Source: Cercozoa sp. M6MM
Lineage: Eukaryota > Protista > Endomyxa: Ascetosporea
DNA length: 64,000 nt
Reading direction: 5' to 3' (one strand)
NCBI GenBank assembly: GCA_040357565.1
Contig: JBDODJ010000036.1
Numbering within the stretch: the first letter of the stretch is position 1; the number at the start of each line of letters is the position of its first letter. The position numbers were made by a program, and so were the translations under genes. The notes beneath the pieces were generated by a model that worked only from the letters and a program-made list of their open reading frames with translations, made no database searches and was not told the origin of the DNA. This document shows, one piece after another, positions 11,585 through 24,200 of the stretch.

Positions 11585-14500
11585 AAGAGACTACCTGTGC
11601 ATCCGGCTGTAGCAGCACGTAGCCCACGACGAGGCACAGCATCAGAAAGAAGGCCAGCACGATCGTGTCGCTGTACTGTCGCAGCATCCGACGCACCGCG
11701 TTGCGCTGGCGTTTGCCGCGCTGTACAAACCACATGCGTACATCGCTACGTCCGGAGATACCACTTCATGCAGGACAAAACTGCGAAAACTACCTGTTCG
11801 CGCAGCTTGCGTGCTTCCAAACATTGTGCGTGCTTCTCCGCCAGTGCTGCCGAATCGCTCGATGCACCTGCTGTATCACGAAACAGATATACACGTTAAT
11901 TAATACAACAACAAGAAGAAAAGTACAACTGTTGCGAGAGCGTCGGCGTGTCCTGCGAGGTTTGCCGACCGGGACCGCAGTGCCACTGTCAGAACTGGTG
12001 CCAGCACCCGTGCCACCGTCGACGGAATGAGCCGGCCGGTGCTGTGGCAGTCGCTGCAGCACCTTGCCCGCCGGCTGCAGTCGCCGTCGTCTCCGTCGCC
12101 TGCGCGAGGGCGACACATGCGACACCACCTGCCGCGACTTTGGCGACTGCGACGGAGCTCGGTAGGAGTGAGCCGTATCGTCGGCAGTCGACGCAGAGTG
12201 CCGCGGTGTCTCAGCTCTCGGAAATGTGCGCGGTTTTGACTGCTCGGCTTGCGGCCGCTGCTCGCTCGGCACTGTCGTGTCGATGCTGCTGTCGGCGTTG
12301 GCCACCGTGTTTCGCCGTGTCCGCGCGGCGGGTACGGGAGAAACGGAAGCTTGCGACGGCAAGACAGACAGATGCGTCGCTTTCGCCGATGCCGACACGC
12401 GTTTCCGCACGGTAGTGATGGCACCTGCTGACACAGCACAGATGTGAAGGGACAACCATACGTAGACACAGGAAGCAAGGGGGCGGCAGTACATCGATGC
12501 AGCTGGAAGTCGCGACGCGGCGGCATTGAACGCGAGCGTTTCGTGCGTGTTCGCGGAGCAGCGTCGGTGGGTTGCCTCATCAGTTGAAGAGGAGACACTT
12601 CAGTCGCACTCTCTTCTTCCTTTACCCCATGCTCGTGCTCTGGCTTGTCAGCTTCCCGCACTGCTTGTGTCTGCGTCTGTGTCTGTATCTCTGCTTCTTC
12701 AGCCTGTGCCTCCTCCTCATCATCGTCGGTGATGACCGAGGCCTGCAGGTTACGCATCGATGCACGCGACTGTCGCTTGCTGGGTGTTGTCTTGTCGGTG
12801 CACGAGTCAACCTGTGCGCGTGTGCATAAGTACCCTGAGGGTGGAGAGGGCAGAGGAAGGGTCGACGTCGAGGCGAATGTACCATGCGCGAGTCTTTGCC
12901 GACAGAGAGCGAAGGCGACGAGTGCGCCGACATTGACATCGGCGGCAGTGACGACAGCGTCGACGGCCCCGTGGTCGTGTCGGTGAGCTGCGTCGTGCCT
13001 GTCGTTGTCGTCGCACTGTCCACGTCGTCTACGTCGCCGCCTACTCAAACACACACACACACAGGCATAGATAACACAGGGCATACACTCAGACAGCGGT
13101 GTCAACCAGCACTGGACGAGTCGGCGTCAATGTCGGTGTGCCTGGCCTCCTCGAGTTGCTGCACCAGCAACGTTAGGTACTGCACCTCCTCGTGCACGCG
13201 CAGCAGCGACTGCGCCGTCTGCTCGAACGAGCACGCCAGCGTGCGCCGCGTGTGCGACAGTGCACTCAGCTGCGGCGCCGACAGAAACGACGTCTCCGAC
13301 AGTCGACGTCTGTGCACACATTGTCCATACCTTAGACAGGCCACGTACACATACATCGGCACACTGAGGGTGCTACCGATCTCTCCTGCCACGACGACCG
13401 CGCGACACCTTCTTGGCACGCGAGTTGTCCTCGGAGCACGTGGTGCACGATGCCTCTGAGTTGGCCGACGCGGGTGACAGCGCACTGAGCGGTAGCAGTG
13501 CCTCGTCAAAGTGCAGCAGCTGCAGCACCAGCTCGACGAACTCGTCGAAGCGCTGGGGACGCAGCAAGATCAGCCGACGCAACGCGCCGTACTGGCAGGG
13601 ACTACGTGGACAGGCCAGTCAACTTGGACACAAACACAGGCACATATGAAACAAAGGCAGCGTACCTGTAGACACACGCCGAAGCAAAGGCGAGTTTGCG
13701 CAGTGCTTGTAGTGCATCTCCCTGCAGCTGCACCGACACGGTGTCGACAATGACCTGGAGGGCACGACGCGCCAGTGAGACGGCACTCACGGCGTCGGCG
13801 AACTGCACGTGCGGCAGTGACCAGGAACGCGGCTGTTCGCTGCTGCCGTCGTCCTTGTCGCTGTTGTTGTCTCTGGTGCCGGTGGTGGTCGGACTTTTGG
13901 CCGCACTGCTCGGCTTGGGCACCTCGTCGTCGCACACGACGCACACCGGGAAGAAATCGTTGCTTCGTCGCTCCAGGTACAACACGCGCGACTCGCCTGA
14001 AACCCAGCATCACCTCAATCAAAGACAGAGAGGGCAGAGACACAGGGCAGTACCGACATTGATGCGCGAGCACAGGAACTCGCGCACGAAATTGAAGGCG
14101 CGTCCAAAGTCGCCGCTGCGCATCGGGTGGCACGCGTACGCCACCAGCAGCTTGTCGGTGAGGAAGGCGCGCAGTGCCGCCTGCATGTCGGTCGGCGCAG
14201 ACCACGGCCACGGCAGCAACTACACCATGCATTGCGACCAGTCAACTTTACGAGGAAGGGTGTGAGCACATGTGTACCTGCGAAGAGTCCTCCTTGCTGC
14301 TGTCACGCGATAGCACCGGCACCGGCGCGGCGTAGGACGCGAGGTGTCGAATCACGCGCCACTCGAGGTTGCTGCCGGCGCCGAACCACTCGCGCGACGA
14401 CATGCCGCTCACCGGCGGCAGCACTACGCGGCGCGCCAGCGAGTCCAGTGCCTGTCCAGTCGGGTCCACGAGCACAAAGTGACCGCCCAGCGGCACGACG

Positions 14501-14649
14501 CAGAGCGACTTATGCGCCGCGTCCCAGGCCGACAGCGAGAAGTCCCAGCGCGACACGTCCACCGACTCGGCCAGCGTGATCAGCGGCGCGATCGGACGCG
14601 CGTTGCTCGACACTCCACAGGCAGCTGCACACAGTCACACACACACACA

Positions 14650-14718
<69 letters not shown>

Positions 14719-15361
14719 TGTGCATGCAGATACACAGAAGGTCAGGAGGAAACAGGCTACCAGCACGAGCAGCGATGACAGCCTTGTTGAAGTGCCAGGC
14801 GTGCACGACAAAGTCGAGGTCGCGCGGCGAGCGGTCCTTCACCAGCACGTCGAGCACTGCGCCGCCGCGCAGCATGCAGTGACCGGTAGCGAACCATTCA
14901 AACGTGTGCGCACCCAACACGCACCGCATTAGGTCAGCTAGCGAGACCTAGGAGATACGGTATACCAGCAAGAAATACTGCAAAACGGAAAGGTGAGGGT
15001 ACTCGGGCCGGAACACGTGGCAAGCACGGTTCTGAGGTGGCACTCGGCATCGTGATTGGTGCACGTGGCACAGCGAGCGGCACAGTGAACTGCATCGGCA
15101 TCGGCCCGCCTGCGTTGGTCACAGCAGGCATCACCGGCACCATCATTGGCATCAGCATCTGCGTCAGCGTGTTGGGCTGCACCGACATTGTGCGGATGTT
15201 CTGTACACACACGCACACAAAAACACTGTACGGGATAGAGATCGGTGCGCAAGGATACCCGCATGAAGGACTGCACAGGCAGTGGCTGCGCCTGCATCGA
15301 CGAGTCAAGTTCGCGCAGTCGCTTGCCCACCAACATGGCGGCCTGGTGGTCCACAATCTCC

Positions 15362-15398
<37 letters not shown>

Positions 15399-16425
15399 GC
15401 TGCTGCTGCTGCGGCCGGTGTTGTTGTCGCTGCTGCTGTGGCGCACTCTGAGCCATGCGGTGGCTGCTGGCCTGGCTTGCGTCATTCTCGGTCCTGCTAT
15501 TGTCATTGTTGTTGTTGTTGTTGTTGCTCTTGTCGACACAGCGCCGCTTGGGCGACACGCTGTCACCGGTCCCGCCAACGATCGGCGGCGGCGACTGCGA
15601 GAGCGACGACGCCGAAGCGTAGCGACCGAGCGACGGGTGCACTGCCACGGCGGCCGCGTCGTTGAGCTGACTGTTCGGCGACGGAATCGACGCGCGCAGA
15701 GCCGATGGCGATGTGTACACCAGTGGCGACTCTTGCGTCTGCAGGTTCGGCAAACGTGCCTGCAACTGCGACCGCGACTGCTGCGCGTGCTGTAGCTGAG
15801 AATGGTGTTGATGTGACAGTTTTTGGTGTGACTGTTGTTGTTGGTGCTGCTGTTGTTGCAGCGAACACTGTTGAGACATTGACGGGTGCGCAGCTGTCGC
15901 TGTCGGCACGAACGTGAACTGGTGGCACGGCGACCCGTTTTGCGGAATGAAAGGCGACGACGCCGACCAGGCCTGGCCCAGGCAGCTCACCACCGAGAGT
16001 TCGCAGTTAAACTGCGGCTTCTGGAACAAACGCTCGAGACGTGCCTGGATCGCCGGCGACCAGTAGACACGCGCGCGCGGCCAGTGCGGCGCCACGCACG
16101 CCAGGAACTGCGACAGCGACTCGTGCGCACCCGGATGCAGCGGCACGCTTCCTCCTGCCGCCGCGTTCAGAAAGTCCGCCACTGCCATGACGTCATGTGC
16201 CGAAGAAACACCAAGGAACGGCATCTCTGGCGACAGCACCGACGAAGGCGGCAACGCGTTGCTGCCATCGCGCACTGCTGACAACGAGCCGCCGCTCGCG
16301 CCGCGCAACTGCGACAACGAACGCGACGATGACGCACGTACTTCCATGCGTATGCGTCGCCGCGAACGCTTCGGCGTGTTCGGCGTCGAAACTGACCGGT
16401 AAGTCTGCTGCGCCGAAGAAGACAT
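11102..16425 (-). CDS. Large polyQ protein with a divergent class II (CCA-adding/PcnB-like) nucleotidyltransferase head and one C-proximal TM helix
   Basis: Continuous phase-compatible splicing from ATG 16425 to TAA 11102. Motif A-like MLRGGAVLDVLVKDRSPRDLDFVV, then VLVDPTGQALDSLARRVV. TM segment IVLAFFLMLCLVVGYVLL at ~11610-11663. Confidence 0.65.
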
Positions 16426-17411
16426 CTGTGCGGCAACAAAACGAAAGCATAAGTACACAGTTGAGCGAGACAAAGGTGCAATGCGTCACTGGATAATGAG
16501 GGAATGTTGCCAAGCTGACATAAAGCTAGCACCCTGTGCTCAAAGAGTCAAGCCACACAAATCAAAGACAAGCCTTCTTTCCTTCGCCATGGCACGCCAA
16601 ACTTTCGTCAAATTCGCCAAAACCGAGTCCGGTGAAATTACTGAGAAACGAATTTTCGCAAAACGAGGTTTCTACAACCAAGGCTCACCCCACAAAGCGC
16701 GAGCTAACGCCCCCAGACAAGAGAAACACGCACAATCGTTCTAGACAACTCAACGACAGCGCAAACAGGCAAGCCCGCTACGTCCGAACGCAAGGATTAA
16801 AAATACCGGACGCTGGCACGCGCCCAAGCGTACGGTTTGCCAGCGGAAAAGAGGTATCTCCCAAACTACCGCACACTCCGCACAGTTCGCGATACACAGC
16901 AAAGCGAATCGAAAACACTTTGGAGAAGAGAAGTTTGCAATGATGCGGGCATGTCGCGATCACAAACAAGCGTGTGAGGGCAATTTGCCAAAGGAGATCA
17001 AAGCACAAAGCTTGAGGACCAAATCGAGAACACCCGAGCTCGAAAGGAGAGACGAAAGCTTGTAAAACGCAAAGACGAAAGCAGGAACTCACCAGATAAG
17101 TGTTTTATCGAGACCCAAATGGTTCGTCTCGTCGGACGCTCACGCAAGCAGCATGAACACGGGGTCACGCCCCAGCAGCCTGCTTGCTAGATTTGCTGGA
17201 CTTGCGTTTCTTCCCTGCAAGACAGAACAATCAGTCGAGCTGCGAAAAAACGAAACGCTGTCAGAAGAGAGAAATATCGCGAGACTTGGCGCTTACAGGG
17301 CGTGTGCGGGTGTATTACAAAAGCTTACCACACGCCAGTTGGTCGTGACGGCTTCCGGTGGGAGGACAGTAGGATCCACGATCAACGGAGCGTGCATTGT
17401 TGACCACCCCT

Positions 17412-17486
17412 CAGTGCAACCGTGACTCGACCTGACATCATCGTCGCAGTGCAAGCGTGACTCGACTTGACATCATCGTCGCAGTG
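17412..17486. repeat. 35-bp tandem duplication (2.1 copies)
   Basis: cagtgcaa[c/g]cgtgactcgac[c/t]tgacatcatcgtcg repeated head to tail with 2 mismatches. Confidence 0.9.
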
Positions 17487-17537
17487 GTACGGTTTAGTTG
17501 TTGACAGTGATTATTATCGTACAGTACTGCGCCGCTG

Positions 17538-18238
17538 TCATTCGGCTTGAGTTGTGTTCTCACAATCGTCCGATGGTAAGCCAGCGGCTGCGCTCGCAGG
17601 CTGCTCGTCGATCTCAAGCGGCGCGTGCGTGTTGCCACTGATGCCGTCCGGCCGTTCAATAGGCTCCTCTGAGCCAGTGGCGCTCACTGGCGGCAGCTCC
17701 ACCTCTTCCTGTGTTTCAAGGAGTGGTAGTACAGCAGGCCTTTTGAGGGCAGAGGCGTACCTTGGCTGCATGCTGTGCTTCCAGTAGTCCGAGACGTCGC
17801 AGATCGAACACGTCCTCCATCACTGCACGGACACTTACAAGAACACACTGAGTTTAGAGGTCTCTACCTAGTCTCAAGCCGCCAAAGAAACCGCGTTGAC
17901 TCAGGATCTCTGTGTATGTTTATACACGTGTATACCAAAGAGAGAGAGAGGAGGATATTGACAAATAGAAGAAGGCACCTTGGGCAACGTCCCTGCCTTG
18001 TGTCTGACCGACAAGGAGACCGCCGCCGCGGCGGAAGAGATCAAAGTCGCGTGGTGACACCAGGCACGTCGCCAGGAACTGGTCCAGCGACTGCCCGCCG
18101 AAGCGCAGTTCTGTCCAGACAGGCAGGTTGTACCAGCCCTCTTACCCCCCTCTGCCCCCCAAAGAAAAAGCCTACGAGCGAGAGGCGAACACGTGATACA
18201 CTCCACCACTCGCGACAGTGCGCGCTTGGCGCAGCCTA

Positions 18239-18274
<36 letters not shown>

Positions 18275-21200
18275 ACATGTATATATTATGTTTATATTAT
18301 TTACAATATATATTATATATTATATATTATATTTATACCATATTATACATTACAATATATACACATTTAATTTATACTATATATATTATATTTATATTAA
18401 ATTATTATATTTACATTTTATTATCACATATATACCAGGTGACATACCATCACTCGGGTCCACCGACACGACCTTGACGGCACGAATGTCCACGTCACCG
18501 TTCTGCAGGTACAGTCGCATGCGGTGGCCGCGTCGTCGGCGCCATCCCTGACACCAGGGGGGGGGGGAAAGGGCTGATGGGGTAAGAGGGGACATACCAG
18601 CGACTTGACGGCCACCAGAGCCAGCACGAGCAGCAGCGTAGAAAACAAAACCCACAGTGCAAACAGCGATGACTGCGTGGCTGTTGAGGTAGTACGGGGT
18701 AAGGAGGTAAGGGAGTAAGGGGTCAGGGGTGAGGGTAAGGGGTAGGGTGCAAGGGGGCAAGAGATATGGTGTAAGGGGTAGGGCGTAAGGGGGGTAACGA
18801 TAGTACAAGTCATTGGAGTGTCGGCAGTAGACAAAGCGAGCGCAGTCAGCAGATGCGCGAACAGCACCATCTATGCGGAAGGGGTAAGCGAGATAAAGGG
18901 GGTGGAGGTAGGGTGTAAAATACAATCTCCATAAGGTTGTCCGAGGCACGTCTGTATGGCCACCAGACAGTTTGCACCGCTAAAAACACGGCCGTCAACG
19001 AGCCCACCTGAGCACGCCATCACACGGGTTATGCCCTTATACTCCACCTTTACCTCTCTCCCAGTGTAGGTACCAAGAAGAGCATGCGAGCGGTCTGTTC
19101 TTCGTTCGTGTTGACAAACACCACCACCAGCAACAGCTACAGTCGACACATCAGTTTACCCCCATTACCCTTCACCCCCTGTGTTTTTGAGAGACCCACC
19201 GTGCGACGCAGGAGAACGACGACCTCCCAAAAGTACATGCGCGGTCGGTACACTTCGGTCAGCACGCCGATCTTGCTCTGCGCCGACTGTGTGAACAGCG
19301 TCTCTCTGCAGGGGGGGGGGGGGGGGGGGTGGGGGGTAAGTGAAGGGGATAAGTGGGTAAGTGGATAAGAGGTGCCCTACCGACTAAGTCGACGCCGCAT
19401 GATGCCGAACAAGTAGAGTGGAATCCCCAGACCAAACACGATGCCGATAATGCCCAGGAAGAACTGCATCCAATAGGGGGTAAGAGGGGTATGGGGAGGG
19501 AGAGAACGACTACCTTGGTAGTCTTGTAGGAAGTAGAAGCACAATCCATCGATGGATACTGCTTCAGCACTTGCTTGCCGTCCTACACATGTCATACATG
19601 CATGGGACAATTGCACAGGAGGAGGGGGGGGGAAACAGTACAAGACCGGCGTCGGTGCACCCAAAGACCACTTGGATCACAGTGTCCAGTACCGCCGCTG
19701 TGTATGCAGGTTAGGGGAGGGTTAGGGAGGGGTAGGGAACACGAGAATGCCCAGTGTGAACAAGGGTGTCAGTACACTCGTCCTACAGCAGGGGAGGGTA
19801 AGGGGGTAAAGTGGGGGGGGGGGGGGTAAAGGGTACCAGATCCGCGTGAGCGCACTGACGCGGCCGTAGCACATGGAACCGCCCGTCATGGCCACGATGT
19901 CTACGGCACACACATTTGTATTTGCGCACATCCGCGCGGACACTGGTGACTAGACTACTTACCCATCTGGAAGAGTCCAAAGAACAACTTGGCCACCCAA
20001 CTGAGCACATGCACACATAGGTCACATGGGTAACATGACGGTGTGGGAGAAACGCACCCGCTAAGTGAGACATCAATGGCACCGGCGAACATCTTGCTAC
20101 GCACATGTTGATGTTTACCTCCCTCCTTTACCCCCTTCCCCTGGCATGGCAGAGATGCCTACCTCATCTGGACGTAGTAGAGCATGATGCGGACCGAGGC
20201 ATCGCGCAGACTTTGCGCCAGGTAGTGCATCACGCACACGTACAGCACGTACATCACCTGCACACACAGGGGGGTTAAGGGGTGGCGTGGGGGGGGGGGT
20301 AAAGCTAACCACAACAGCGGCGATGTTGCCGGCGACACTGCCGTCGTTGTCGCACTTGATGCAAGAGCCGCCCCACTCGTAGTACTCGTCCAGACACACG
20401 CCGCACAGAGGGTTCTCCGACGCCGCCTTCCTGTTCTCCGAACTGCCCGGGGGGGGGGGGGGTAAAGGGGTCTGGGCGAGGGGGGGGGGGGTAAACACGC
20501 AGCTACCAGCACACTTGCGGCTGCGCAGTCGTCGAATCAGCTGTGTCGCTCGCACACAAATCACCGGCCCGACAGTGACCCTGGTAGCACTGCGAGAGGG
20601 GGTAAAGGGGGAGGGTAAACAAAGGTAAGAAGCGTACCCTGTAGGCACCGATGTTGCCAGTGGTTTCGCCATAGTCCAGCCAGTAGTCTGAGGGTAGGAG
20701 GGTAGGAGGGTAGGGATAGGGGTACGGGTAGGGTAGGGGTAGGTAAGGGGTAAGGGTGTAGGGGTAAGGGTAAGGGTAGGAGTAGGAGAGGTAGGAGCCC
20801 TACCCTCGAGTGCAACGATCTGACCGTCGGAACAGAGTGCTCCGGGAGGACACAACTGACACGGACCCAGAACGCGACCATTGGCGATGGGAGCGTACTG
20901 CCCGGCACTGCACGGGTTGCACGCCGCCAGTCCCGTCACTGGCACGTACTCCTCGCCTTGGCGCACGATCGTGTTGGCGCCAAAGCACGGCTGGCACTGT
21001 GCATGGGGTTAAGGGTAGGGAAAAGGGGAGGGTAGAGGGGAGGGTAGAGGGGAGGGTAAAGGGGGTAAAGGGGGTCGGGGGAAGGGGTAAAACCTCAGTC
21101 TGCTCCGGCAGCGGGTTGAACTCGAACGCGCCACACTCAACGCACTTTGACTCAGTCGCCGTCACCTAATCATGACAAACAAGCTTGGCATAGACACTTA

Positions 21201-24200
21201 GGGTTAGGTAGATAGTATGCAGACACTGGAAACTACCAGGGCATAGGTGCCAGGAGCACACTGCGTGCACATCTCGCCGCCTTCCGACGTCCAGCCGCTC
21301 TTGCAGGGTACACACTGAGCCGGGTACTCTGACGACGGCTCGTGGTTCGAGGGACACGGCTCGTACTACAGTACATGGGCTTAGCTCCCGTCCGGTTAGA
21401 CAGAGACACTGTACAACATCCCTACCTGGATACGGAAGCCAGTTTCGACAACATTCGGCAGGTCACTTTCCCAGTCCTGCCGCAGCACCCGGAAAAAAAC
21501 AAAGTAACTGCACAGCACAGCTTGGCTACAGGCAACACTACCTCTTGAGTGTATTCAGTTTCGTTCCTGAGCGACAGCACCTCGAGCCCGAACGTGAAAT
21601 CGCCTGTCTCAGTAATTCAGTTGAGAAAAACTGATTTTGGGCTCAAATTGGGACAAACGGACGGTACCAGGCACAGTTTTTGGAATCATTGGCAAGTAAA
21701 AGTCCAGGAACATCGAGCCCTAGTACAGCACACAACGCACAGTTTACAGTAGATAGACTTAGTTTTTTGATTGCCTGGTTTTTTTTAAACTGTGTGGGAC
21801 TGTACCAGAACGTTGCCTTCGCCGAGTGAGACCACGGAGTCGTTGTGCAGCGACGCACCACCGATTCGGATGCCGTAGGACATTCGATCGGCCATGTTGA
21901 TGCACAAGAGGCGCAGCAGTGCACCTGCTCTCACCCCCCAAGATCAGTCATGTCCGACACTAGACATCACAGGACTCGGGTATGAATACCGGCTCCCGTA
22001 CGAGGGCAGTTGACCAGGGTGTTGCCTTGGACCTCGCAGTTAGTCTGACAGAACAAGGTACTGTACAGTGCACACAAGGTACGAGAAAGGGGGAGAGGGT
22101 ACCCCCGAGACAACGTTGGCCTGCGACAGTTGGACGTAGAAAGCGCTGCTGTAGCTCAGCAGAGGATAGAACTTCGCCTGCTGTCCGACCGGCAGTGCGA
22201 AGGAATCCATCTACAAGGGGGTAATGGGAGTATAGGGGCAATGAAGGGTAACACAGGTACCATATGTCCGTAGGCCGTGCACTGGTCGGGCGGATCACAA
22301 GCCATATCGGTCGGATCGTCCTGCGCACACAGGTGGGCACAAGTAGGAAGGGAGATAGATAGAAAGGTAGGTAGGTGGTAGGGAGTACAGTTGCAGGAGT
22401 TTCGCCTGGCTTGGAGCCGCTGCGCAGCGCGTGCGACACGTTGAAGTTCAAGTGCACGCGCATGCCCGCTGACATGCCGTATGACTACAAGGAGGACAGT
22501 AGAGTAGGGGGTAAAGGGAGGGTGGGGGGGGGATGAACTCACAGCCGGGCCCTTGGGACTACGGAAGAGCGCAACGATGCCACGTTCTCCGTTGGTCATG
22601 TTGAACAGTGTCTCGTTCACTGCCGAAGGTACTGTCTGTCCAGTACACAACAAACAAGGTGGTCTGGAGACACACTTGAGGCACTGAGGGACACATGGTA
22701 CCACATGCAGTGTCGCCTGCAGCGACTCGGCTGTCGACAGGTCCACAAATTCCAAAGCTCCTGGGCAGGAAAAGGGGTAAGGGATCGGGGTAGGGGCAAA
22801 GGGGGCTCAACACACCGTAGCTGATTCGACTCTCCTCGCTCTGCGTCGCCGTCGGCAGCGCCTGCCACTGCGCACGTGTGCCCTGTCGCACCTGCCACCG
22901 GTCAGCAATGTGTACAGCCGCGCGGACCTGCACAAAACACAAGGCCAATATACAACAAATCGCAACTGACAGGACTCTGCTACGCCATGGAAGGCTTGGC
23001 GATTCGGCAGCAAGAACACGTCGAGTCCCGTGCCCGACATTATCAGCCTAAACAGAGGTGAAGGGGTTAAAGAGGGGAGGGGTAAAGAGGCGGTAAAATA
23101 GTACCAGTCATTGTCGTCGGCGTCGACGGCGCAGTTGGACACGGACTGACACAGCTCGACTCGACCGGAGTCACGGCACGTGAACGGTGGCTCGTCGTTG
23201 CGACAACTGCCCGTCTCGGTGTTGGCCTAGTTAAGGGTGAGACAGAGGGTTAATTAAGGGTGAGACAGAGGGTTATTTAAGGAGAGGGTTAGTTAAGGCT
23301 GAGGTGGGGTACACTGCGCACGGACGTGATAGTGAAGACCGCGTCCTGCACCGACTGCAACTGGCCCGACTCGCGCTGTGGGGTCAGCAGGTAAGCAAGG
23401 CAGTAAGGTAGAGACAAAGCCGATACCATGGCGGCGTAGTCGGGCCACGTGTCAAAGTGGAGCATACTGGAGCCCCAGAAAAACTGGTCCAACTCTGCAA
23501 CAACAACAAGCAAGTCAGAGGAAGTGTCTGTGTACATCTATTGGGACAAACGTACCACTGTAGTACTCAAGTTGCATGTCGAAGTCCTTCACTTGCTTCA
23601 ACTCGGGGCCGATAGAGACATACCTGTCACGCAGCCAAAGGGGCCCAAGGGTGGTGGGGGGTAAAGTGGCAAGGGGGTATATTAAAGGGGTAGAGGGGGG
23701 GCAAAGAAAAGGGGAAGCGGAGCAAGTACGTGGTGAAGTCGACAACGATGCGTCGCGTGTGACGGTTGTCGCACTGCACCGGCGACAAACAGTCCGCGCG
23801 GACAAAGCCGCGTCTCAGCTCCTCGCCTGCTACCTGCTCCGGCGCCTGTTATAGGTCACACTTAGACCTTCCGCGCGGACACCACCACGGTCTGATAAAA
23901 TTACCTTGACACCGAACCACTCGGGTCGAATGCCAGACGCGACGATTTCAATCGCGTGTCGCGGCATCGGCGAGCTACACGGGGTATAAGGAGTGCGGGG
24001 TGTCGGAGTAAGGGAGGGGTAAAGGGGTAAAGAGGTAGTGACGGAGGTAAAGGGGTAAAGGATACATCATGGTACTCGCAGAAGTGATCGATATGTCAAC
24101 TGCCGCCTGTACAAGAGGGGGTGTTAAATGGAGGTAAAGGGAGGTGGGGGGGGGGGGGTAAAGTGTACCACAGGCGTCATGACAGCCGCCGACAGTCGCT

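Noticed and set aside
15037-15795. 252-aa hydrophobic plus-strand ORF with poly-Leu/Val
   Set aside because: It is the antisense shadow of the polyQ/polyN exon of the nucleotidyltransferase-like gene.
17412-17486. Possible CRISPR-like repeat
   Set aside because: Two adjacent copies with no spacer, eukaryotic context and no cas genes.
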